Assembly: GCA_043803765.1 (NCBI GenBank)
Contig: JAZDJQ010000001.1
Coordinates: 32,150-96,149 of the forward strand
From: Candidatus Iainarchaeum sp.
Lineage (GTDB): Archaea; Iainarchaeota; Iainarchaeia; Iainarchaeales; VGJJ01
DNA: 64,000 nt
Reading direction: 5' to 3'
Shown here: in pieces, positions 6,293-14,800 of the stretch
Numbering within the stretch: the first letter of the stretch is position 1
Layout of the letters: every line of letters begins with the position of its first letter
Program-made: the position numbers and the translations under genes
Notes under the pieces: model-generated
Databases searched by the model: none
What the model was told of the DNA's origin: nothing
Seen by the model: only the letters and a program-made list of their open reading frames with translations

Positions 6293-8446
6293 ATGAATCG
6301 ATTCTTTTTGTTGGTTGGGGCGCTTCTTCTTTTCTTGGGGGGTGGCACGAGTGTTTTTGCCCTCTCGTCGTTGGAATATTCAGGTCCTGATCTTTTTCCC
6401 ACGGATCCTTCATGTCAGTCTATCAATGATGGTTGTCCTAATCCTCATTATACATCGTTCTCTTTCACGTATACTTCGGATCAGGCGATTTCTCCTAATG
6501 GGGGTTTCAGGATTGGTATTGGGTGGATGTTTAATGGGTTGTTTTTGGGTGATTTGCTCCCTAATTGGGGTTCCCCTCAATTCTTTTTTCCGTCCTTCCC
6601 TAATTATACAACTGTTTCTTCTCCCGTTCCTTTTTCAACTTCGAAACAGTGCACGGGTAGTTTTTGCAACTCCCAAGTGTCGTTTCCCAATGGTCTTCCT
6701 TCCGGTACTCCGGTAACAGTATTGTTTGGTGATACTTCGGGTGGCAGTCCGGGCATACTTGTCCCTGCTATCGAGTCTAATGCGCAGGTCTTTCTTTCAG
6801 AGGATTTTTCAGGTTCCCAGACGTTTGTGTTGGCTCCGGATCCTCACCCCAGACTGCATGTTACGGGCACGCATGCGGACAGGGTAGTAGTGATTGGTCC
6901 TTCCACGGTGAATGTGGGGGAATATGCGATGTTTGTTGCGAAGGTGATGGAGGGTCCCGATGCGTATGAGCATAATTCGTTTACGGACGGGAATTTTTTG
7001 GGCACCTTTTCTTTCTCTTCTACGGATTTCCGTGCGCGCATGCCCCCCACAGTTGGGATGTCTCTGGCGGATGGTGGGGTGAGGAAGTTTTGGATTCGTT
7101 TTTCCACTCCGGGGATTCATTCCGTCAATGTTCATGCGAATGGTGTGGGTGTTGATTTGGTTGGAGTGAGCAATCCTATCGAAGTGCGTTCCGGTCCGGT
7201 GGTGGGTACTCCCAGTAGTCCAGTTCCAGACAATTACAACCTGTATTGGGGTTCTTTGCATAATCATACTGCTGTTGGGGGTCATGCGTTGAGTACGACT
7301 GAACAGGCTTTTGATTTTGGCAGGGAGTACGCTCGCTTAGATTTTCTTTCAATGAGTGAGCATTGCGGTACGGAGGAGTTTAATTTCGCTGAGTTGGAGA
7401 ATATGGCGGATGCCCGTTATATTCCTCGTGTTTTCGTGACTTTTCCTGCGTATGAATGGACTAGTTCTTCAGAGGGTCATCGTCATGCAATTTTCAAGGA
7501 TTCGGCTTCCGCATTCAGTTTCTGTGATACTGGTACAAATCAGATTGGGGAACAGGAACAGCTTGACTCTTCGTTGAGCACGTTTTTGTCGGATGTAGGA
7601 AGTGTGGGGGGTATCGCGATCCTGCACCACCCTTCTTGGAATCATGTTTCGGGGGTTAATTGGGGTTCGAAAGATTCCAATGCGCAGCGTTTGGTGGAAA
7701 TCTATTCTTGGCACGGTCGTTCGGAATACTATAATAATCCTTTATTGATTCACAACTCACCGAGTGCGCAGTTTGATGCGAAGACGGGAAATTTTGTCCA
7801 GGATGCCTTGGCGTCTGGTTATCGTTTAGGTATTACGGCGGATGCTGATAATCATTTTGGTATGCCCGGTTCTAATGCTACTAAGGGGTGGTTGAAGGGG
7901 TTCTATGCGCGTAATGGGTTGACGGCAGTGTATGCTCCTTCTCTCACGAGGGACTCCGTTTGGAGTGCGTTGAATGCTCGCAGGGTATATGGGACAACCG
8001 GTGCGCGTATCCAGTTGAAGTTCACTAGTGGTTCTCATTGGATGGGGGAGGAGTTTTCCTCTGTTTCGATTCCGTCCATGAGTATTCGTGTTCTCGGTAC
8101 AACACCACTAGATTATGTCAAGATTTTCCGTGATGGGAAGGAGGAGGTGTTTTCTTGGACGGGTGATGGTTCGTTGTCGAATATTGATTTGCAGTTCACT
8201 GATACCAATGTGATTCCTTCGAATACGTATTCCTATTATGTTCGGGTTCATCAAGCCAATGATCATTATGCGTGGTCTTCTCCTATGTGGATTACGTATC
8301 TGCCTGCGCGTTTTTCTTCCGCGGATTCTTCTGCCTTGTATCTCGAAGAGTTTGTTTCCTTCCTTTATCCTCCTTTGTTTTCTTTGGAATTGGTGAATGC
8401 GTTGGTTGATTCGGCCACTAATTTGGGGCGTTTTTCCTTCAGGTGA
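6293..8446 (+). CDS. Secreted PHP-domain metallohydrolase (DUF3604/CehA-like)
   Basis: Signal peptide; WGSLHNHT, SEH, AYEWT, GHRH, HHP, VEIYSWHG, DADNH motifs; C-terminal Ig-like YYVRVHQ..AWSSP. Confidence 0.8.
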   Translation: MNRFFLLVGALLLFLGGGTSVFALSSLEYSGPDLFPTDPSCQSINDGCPNPHYTSFSFTYTSDQAISPNGGFRIGIGWMFNGLFLGDLLPNWGSPQFFFPSFPNYTTVSSPVPFSTSKQCTGSFCNSQVSFPNGLPSGTPVTVLFGDTSGGSPGILVPAIESNAQVFLSEDFSGSQTFVLAPDPHPRLHVTGTHADRVVVIGPSTVNVGEYAMFVAKVMEGPDAYEHNSFTDGNFLGTFSFSSTDFRARMPPTVGMSLADGGVRKFWIRFSTPGIHSVNVHANGVGVDLVGVSNPIEVRSGPVVGTPSSPVPDNYNLYWGSLHNHTAVGGHALSTTEQAFDFGREYARLDFLSMSEHCGTEEFNFAELENMADARYIPRVFVTFPAYEWTSSSEGHRHAIFKDSASAFSFCDTGTNQIGEQEQLDSSLSTFLSDVGSVGGIAILHHPSWNHVSGVNWGSKDSNAQRLVEIYSWHGRSEYYNNPLLIHNSPSAQFDAKTGNFVQDALASGYRLGITADADNHFGMPGSNATKGWLKGFYARNGLTAVYAPSLTRDSVWSALNARRVYGTTGARIQLKFTSGSHWMGEEFSSVSIPSMSIRVLGTTPLDYVKIFRDGKEEVFSWTGDGSLSNIDLQFTDTNVIPSNTYSYYVRVHQANDHYAWSSPMWITYLPARFSSADSSALYLEEFVSFLYPPLFSLELVNALVDSATNLGRFSFR

Positions 8447-8535
8447 AGAATTCTCCGGTTTACTCTAATGAATCGAATCCGGTAAGTGTTTTCGAATTGG
8501 GTGGTTTTACTTAGGGCGTATTGGAAGAGAATGTG

Positions 8536-8638
8536 TTTTGTTATAGCAAAAAGCCTAATTATTTGAACATTTGATGGGCTTTTTGCATATAGCAAATTGC
8601 TCAATAAAAGTTCAGGAACAAAACCAATTTGCTATATC
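8536..8638. repeat. Nested inverted repeats (MITE-like, operator or terminator)
   Basis: GCAAAAAGCC/GGCTTTTTGC (8546-8586) and ATATAGCAAATTG/CAATTTGCTATAT (8587-8637). Confidence 0.55.
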
Positions 8639-8687
8639 TTCTAAAAGTGGAGCAGAATAATTCCTTGGATTTTTTTTTTAAGAATTA

Positions 8688-9503
8688 CTACTCTTTTACG
8701 TGCAATAGAAGTGTCGCCAGTCCTTCCGTGTCAATAATGATAGTGTTAACTTGTATGTAGGGGGGGTATTTTTCCATCCATTCCTTTTCTAGTAATGGGT
8801 TGGGTTCTTTTGCATAAATTCGTAGAACATATTCTTTTGTCCCTTCGGTTGGAGTGATTGTTCCTCGTATTCTTATTTTTTTCATCCATTCGGGCGAGAA
8901 TGCTGGGAACGTTGGTCCAACGAGTATGTCGTTGGGTTCGAAATCTACTGCGTAGGTTGTTTCGGGTTCGATGGTGGTGCGAAAACTCAGTCCTTGATAG
9001 TAGGTGCTTCCCCACCCTCCTCCAATGAATAGGGTAGTGTCGAACTCCGTTTCTTGAGTGGAAATGACAGCTTCTTGCGTGGCAGGGGTGGATTGGATTC
9101 CAATGGTGTATGTCTTATTTTCGGGGGCGTTTATCCATGTGTTTATTCCTGTTGTATGGAACGTGGGGTGAAATTCGGGTTGCATATATGTTGCGTTTGT
9201 TATTTCTGCTAACTTGTTCATGTTTCCATCTTTCCATACTTGTGTGTGTTCTTCAAATTGTGTGGGCATTGCAGGTAATTGTGTAAAAATTTCTTTTTCG
9301 TTGTTTAATCCATATACTTCTTTGAAAAATTTTTCTACTTCCTCGAGAGTGACTCCTTTTTTTTGGGCTCGTTGTTCAAAAATGTGGTGATTATGAATTT
9401 TTTCTATTGGTTCTGTTTTGGGTATTGTTTTAGTTGTATCATCGTGGATGCATCCTGTCATTAGAATGAGTAGTATGATTCCTATTTTTTTCCAATCCAT
9501 CAT
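8688..9503 (-). CDS. Putative lipoprotein, paralog of 11008..11799
   Basis: Start 9503 forms an ATGA overlap with the upstream stop; lipobox-like LILMTGC; QPEFHPTF and GPTFPAF motifs. Confidence 0.75.
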   Translation of the reverse strand: MMDWKKIGIILLILMTGCIHDDTTKTIPKTEPIEKIHNHHIFEQRAQKKGVTLEEVEKFFKEVYGLNNEKEIFTQLPAMPTQFEEHTQVWKDGNMNKLAEITNATYMQPEFHPTFHTTGINTWINAPENKTYTIGIQSTPATQEAVISTQETEFDTTLFIGGGWGSTYYQGLSFRTTIEPETTYAVDFEPNDILVGPTFPAFSPEWMKKIRIRGTITPTEGTKEYVLRIYAKEPNPLLEKEWMEKYPPYIQVNTIIIDTEGLATLLLHVKE

Positions 9504-10717
9504 GAGTAATCTGCCCCTGCTTGGAATACTTTGTTGTGGTCTCCTGCCGAAACGAATCCGTTGAAATCTCCCGAGAAGCACAATTGGTTGGTATCTTCTG
9601 CCCCTAATCCTGTGATGAGCCGGCTGGCAATGGTCGCGTTGCCCGAGTCCCATTTTTTGCAGGCGGTGGATGTTATGGGGTTGGTAGTTCCGGTCACGCT
9701 GCAGGGTTCTTCCCATCCTCCCATTCCCCATGTTCCGCATCCATTGCCCGTTCCCATCCATGCTTTCAGCACGATATTGGCATCGCTTCCGGAGAATGCA
9801 CTGGTGAAGTTGCCGTCAATATTAACCACCACGTTTCCCGTGTTGGTGATCGTGTAGGGAGATAGTGTGTTGTCTTGGCAGAAATTGGCTCCATAGTAGA
9901 TAGTGGCATAGGCTAAATCGGAGAATAGGCATTGGATGCCCGCTCCCGAAGTAGCTACGTATCCTTGGATAAGTAGTGTTACATTCTGGTCGGATGCAAT
10001 GTAGGGGGTCATGTCACCATATATTTCTCCATAAAATGAACGTATGTTGAGTCCGGTTGAAAATTGCTCTAATGGTAATGATGCTATTGCTTCATAGGTG
10101 CCGCTGTTGTAGTTCCAGATGAACATATTGATATCAACTGATCCGCCACCTGCGCTAGGACACCCCGCGGCCCCTCCATGAGCATCTCCTGCGTAATCGA
10201 ATCGTATTCCCGAAACCGTGTTTTCGTTTTCTGCGATGGGAACTACGAATCGTGCGGTGGGGGCGTTTCCAATACCACTTGTTCCAGTGTAGGCATACTC
10301 TCCATCTACTTCATATCGCACGGTGATTGCATCATATTCGCTGGTATTGAATTCGGTGGTGGGGGTGTTGTTGTTGGTTGGGGGTTTTCCTGTGCCGTTT
10401 CCGTCATAGATGTAGTAGGTGCTGCTGGGAGAGGTTACCCCTTGGTAGTTGTATTCTTTTTCTGTTGTTTCGTTTCGGTTGGCGGTCGGTCGTACTTTTG
10501 CCGCGTTTCCATCATCATCCGGGTCGTATTGGGCGTTTCCTTCTACGAAGAAGAATGCGTCTGCCGCACAACTTCCTCCGTATGTGATGGTGATGCTTCG
10601 TGTGCTGGGTACGTTGAATGTGAATGTGGTGGTTGCGGTTGTTGCGGCGTTCAGGAGGGGCATGCTGATGATTAGTATGAGAAGCAATCCGATGGTTATT
10701 GTTGTTCTCCTGCTCAT
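9500..10717 (-). CDS. Secreted beta-rich protein, putative fibre subunit
   Basis: Signal peptide ending LLNA/A; Thr/Gly/Asn-rich with several Cys; shares a domain with the C-terminus of 11882..16459. Confidence 0.75.
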   Translation of the reverse strand: MSRRTTITIGLLLILIISMPLLNAATTATTTFTFNVPSTRSITITYGGSCAADAFFFVEGNAQYDPDDDGNAAKVRPTANRNETTEKEYNYQGVTSPSSTYYIYDGNGTGKPPTNNNTPTTEFNTSEYDAITVRYEVDGEYAYTGTSGIGNAPTARFVVPIAENENTVSGIRFDYAGDAHGGAAGCPSAGGGSVDINMFIWNYNSGTYEAIASLPLEQFSTGLNIRSFYGEIYGDMTPYIASDQNVTLLIQGYVATSGAGIQCLFSDLAYATIYYGANFCQDNTLSPYTITNTGNVVVNIDGNFTSAFSGSDANIVLKAWMGTGNGCGTWGMGGWEEPCSVTGTTNPITSTACKKWDSGNATIASRLITGLGAEDTNQLCFSGDFNGFVSAGDHNKVFQAGADYS

Positions 10718-11007
10718 TCTGGAAATCAAGCGTCTTCCTAATATAATGCTTATTAATCCTGAAGGCTTCACTCTCAAAGTATTGGAAAAAAGAACTAAAA
10801 CAAGGACATTGGCCCGCTATTACTTTATTTTTTTTATAAATGCATTTTATAGACAACGCCAACTCCTAAATCACCACCCTTTTTGGTTTTCTTCTCATTG
10901 GTATCATTCGTTGGGCGTGGGGAAGTCGTTTTTGTTCGTTTTTGCTTCTTTTTGCGTTTCATTTTTTGTGAAAAGCTTTTAGTTTCCAAACAGTATGGAA
11001 TCCTATC

Positions 11008-11799
11008 ATGCGTAACGATTTTCCTTTTTCGCTTTCCCCCAGTGTTTTTCGGATAATCGCTTTTTTTATTTTTGGAGTAGTGGTTTATTTTTTGTATTCT
11101 TCTTTTTTTTCTTCCCCTTCCCATTCTATTTTTGTGGTGGATGATATTGTGGGTTGTGAGAATCTGGATCGTTCTTCGTATGGTGTTTCTTCTTCTATTT
11201 TTGGTGATCTTCCTTCTCCTCCTAAGTGTTTTGTTTCTATTCTTTCTGCTTTTCGTAACCGGTCTTTTGTTGATCTTAATTTTTTTGATTCGTCGTATTA
11301 TCTTCAGCCAGAGTTTTATCCTAATTTTTTGTCTGAGGGTCTGCGTGTGTGGAAGAATCCGGATGATGCTCATTATGGAGTAGTGGGTTATGGTTCCTAT
11401 CCTTCCCATTCCGATGTTCGTGTTGTTGCTCCTACAAAAGTGTATTTTTTTGTTTTTTCTGGGTTTGGGGTTCGGAGTGTTCAATCTGTTTCTCTTCGCG
11501 TTGTTTTTGAGAATCCGTCCGATGCTAATTATTTTTCTGTTTCATTAGATGAGGATACTTCGCAGGATTTTTTATTGGGCCCTACTTTTCCTAAGTTTCA
11601 TCCTTTGTGGGTGCATCCGGTTATTCTGACGGTAATTCCTCTTGATTCTTCGTCTTCTCATTCGGCTACTATTTCAATCCAGACGGTTCGTTCGCTGGCG
11701 GATTTTTCTTCGGATCCTATCACGGAATTGTTTCTTTTTTTTGATTCGACGGATTATGTCGGGGGTCGGCAGGTTTATCGTTTGACTATTCGTGAGTGA
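11008..11799 (+). CDS. Membrane-anchored protein, paralog of 8688..9503
   Basis: N-terminal TM; YLQPEFYPNF and GPTFPKFHPLW motifs. Confidence 0.75.
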   Translation: MRNDFPFSLSPSVFRIIAFFIFGVVVYFLYSSFFSSPSHSIFVVDDIVGCENLDRSSYGVSSSIFGDLPSPPKCFVSILSAFRNRSFVDLNFFDSSYYLQPEFYPNFLSEGLRVWKNPDDAHYGVVGYGSYPSHSDVRVVAPTKVYFFVFSGFGVRSVQSVSLRVVFENPSDANYFSVSLDEDTSQDFLLGPTFPKFHPLWVHPVILTVIPLDSSSSHSATISIQTVRSLADFSSDPITELFLFFDSTDYVGGRQVYRLTIRE

Positions 11800-11881
11800 T
11801 TTTTATTCAGTTTCTTTAATTGTTCTCATTGGGGCCGTGTTTAACGTCATTCATTTTAAATCAAAAGTTCCCCTTTTCTTG

Positions 11882-14800
11882 ATGTCTTTCGTTCATGGAA
11901 GAGTGTTGATTCATTGTCTTAGTGTTCTTTTTCTTGTTGCGGTGATATCATGGCCGGTGATTGGTCAGGAGTTGATAGTGGAGCGGGTCTTGCCGGATGC
12001 TCCTCTTTTTTCTATTATATCCCCTCTTGATAATGATGGGGTGAGTGGGGATGTTCTTTTTATCATTAAGCCTTCTTCTCCTCTTTCTCGTTCATCCATT
12101 CGTTTGATGGATCGTTCTTCTGATTTTGTTTCTTCTTTTTCTGAGTCGGAATCCTATACGGTTTCATGGCCTTCTTTATCCGTGCGGGATGGGGAGTATT
12201 CTTTTGAGATTTCGGCTTGTGATGATTCGCGTTGTGAGACGCGTGAGTTAAGTGTTCGAGTAAGAAATGGGCTTGAGGATGTTTCTGTTTCTCCAGATGA
12301 TTCTACCGTTTCTCCTGTTTCGGATGATTCCATTCCAAGCGGCAGTTCTTCTTCTCCTTCTTCTTCTCGTCCGGATGTTCGTGAATCCAATCGTTCATCT
12401 TCTACTATTTCGGTGACTCCTTCTAATCATGTTGGGGCATTCTCTTTGTATCGTGGTTCGACTCAAAAAAACTCGACGGGGGATGATTTTGTGATTCGTC
12501 CCGGTTCGTATTCGGTGGATGCTCATTTTTTGGAGAATGCGTTGAATGTGCATGTTGAGAATGTTCGTCTTGATTCTTCTAATGTTTTGTTTTTTTTTGA
12601 AAACGATGTGTTGGATTCTTTTTCTATCGGGAAAGTTAAGTATTCTGTTTCCCGTTCTTCTTCATTATCTATTCCTTATTCCTTTGGTTCTGCCTCGCTC
12701 GATCTTGCAGGAGAGCCTCTTTCCTATAATTGGATTTGTTTGAGTTGGTCTCGTTCTAGGGAAAAGTGTGAGAGTGAGTGGGTTTCTCCTTCTTCTTCTC
12801 TTTTTACTTTTGATTTTGTTTCATCCGTTGTTGTTTTGGCTCATGCTGCTCCCGTGGCTGTTCCTACTGCCCCTGCGGGTGTTCCTACCCCCGTGTCAAC
12901 GGTTTCTCCTGTTGTTCGTCCGGTCGTTGTTTCTCCGGGCGTTGTGTCTCCTCCTGTTGTTTCTCACGATGATGTTGTTTCTCTCTCTGCTTCCAATCTT
13001 CCTGCACGCGCTATTTTGTTTGATGGGAATGGGAATGAGATTCGTTCTTCTTCTGGGCGTTTTGATGTTGCGAAGGGTGTTTATGATGTAGGTATTTTCT
13101 TTATTGATTCTCCTATTGGTTTCGTTTTTCTTGAAAATGTCCGTGTTGACCAGAATGGGGTGTTGCTCATTGCAGATGATTCGGTTGATTATTCTTCTAT
13201 TTCTTCTCCTCCTGATTCGAATTGGTTGGGGATTGTTTCTTTTGATTCTGAATATTCTTTTTCTGCCGGGCTTGTTTCGATTCGTCCTCCCGAGAGTGTG
13301 AGTGGATATTTTGAGTGTTCTTCTTGGGATGTGAGGGAGAAAAAGTGTTCGGTTTCATTTGAACCTGTTTCTTCTTCTGATTCAATGGGAGATCTTTCTC
13401 CTCTTTTTTCCCGTTTTCGTGAGTCCTTGCCCGATTCGGCTCAATTTTCTTTTGTTTCTCTCCCTCTTGCATACGGTTGGAGTGTTTCTCCTATGAATAT
13501 TCTTTTGGAACAGCCCTTGCTTAGTTTTGCAGCTAATGATATTCCGCATATGAAGGCGACTGTTTCTAATTATTTCATTGATTCGGGGGATGTTCCTATT
13601 GTTGCTTCTCTTACTTTTCCGGATGGTTCGGTTCATGATTTGGATTCAAATGCGATTGTTCCTCTTTCAAGTGGAGAATTTGATATTTTTCCTTTTCGCC
13701 CTCGTAATTTTGTTCCCGGGTTGTATACGATTACCGTGAAGGGTAAATCCAATAGTGAGTCGCTTGTTTCTTCACGTCCTTCTGTTGTTTCTTTTTCTCC
13801 TCCTTCGTCTTCTCCTTCTTCTCTTTCATTTGCTTCTCCTCCCGTTTCTGCTTCTCGTTCATTTTATTGGGGTCTTGTTGCGGTGAACACGATGCATAGT
13901 ATTTATCGTCCGGGGGAAACTGCTGAGTTTGAGATTGTGGTATTGGATAAGGAGAGTTTTGGGGTGAAGGGTGCTTCGGTTACTCTTTCAATCACGTCTC
14001 CCATCTCGGGTTCATCTAGCGTACTTTCTACTCCTTCTGGAATATTGGAGACGACAACGCCGGGTATTTACATTGCCAAGCTTCCCGTAACCGAGGAGGG
14101 AACTTATCGTGTTTTGGTTGATGCGTTAGCCGATGGTATTGATTCGTCTATTCAAACTACTTTTGATGTTCATTCTCGTTATGATTTTGATATTGTTCGT
14201 TGGACGGCTACTAAAATAGATCCTGCTCGTCTTCCCGTCCCTGTCGAATTGACGATTAGTCCTGTTTCGAGCACGGTAAAGAATGTTACTGTTCGTGAGT
14301 TTGTTCCTAAAGAGTTTGATATTGTTTCGGATCAAAACGTTTGGGTGTATGAGACCGCGAATGAGAAGGTGATTGAGTGGAGAAGTGTGGCGTTGGATTC
14401 CAATGCTCCTGCGGTATTATCTTATTCTTATTCGGTTCCAGACCTAAAACCGTGGTTGTATCTTTTGGGTCCTATTGAAGTGAGTCCTATTTCTTCTATT
14501 CCTTCTCCTCGTGATTCTTTTTGGGAGGCGCGTAGTTGGATGGTGGCCGTGGATGAAAATCCTACTTCCAAATTGTTCTTTCGTCGAACGGGGTTTAGGA
14601 CGGTCGCCGTGGAGCCGTCGCCGAATGATGTGAATTGTGGGGTGGGGTGTGATATTGATTCTTACCTTGCGGGGGTTCAGTCCTTGTATAACCTTTCCGA
14701 TATCAATGGGACTACTACCGATACGAACGCGGGGGTTACGGGAACGACGGCAGGTATTAAGAAATATTTTTCAGCGGTATCGTGGGCGCTTGTTCCGCAG

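Noticed and set aside
9504-9761. N-terminal extension of the 357-aa ORF
   Set aside because: Overlaps the upstream gene in another frame; the lipoprotein signal begins at 9503
10834-11484. 216-aa K/R/N-rich minus-strand ORF (and many similar antisense ORFs)
   Set aside because: Shadow ORFs produced by the T-rich + strand opposite genuine genes
12290-12980. Tandem DNA repeats in the giant gene
   Set aside because: Low-complexity Ser/Pro/Val linkers without a fixed period
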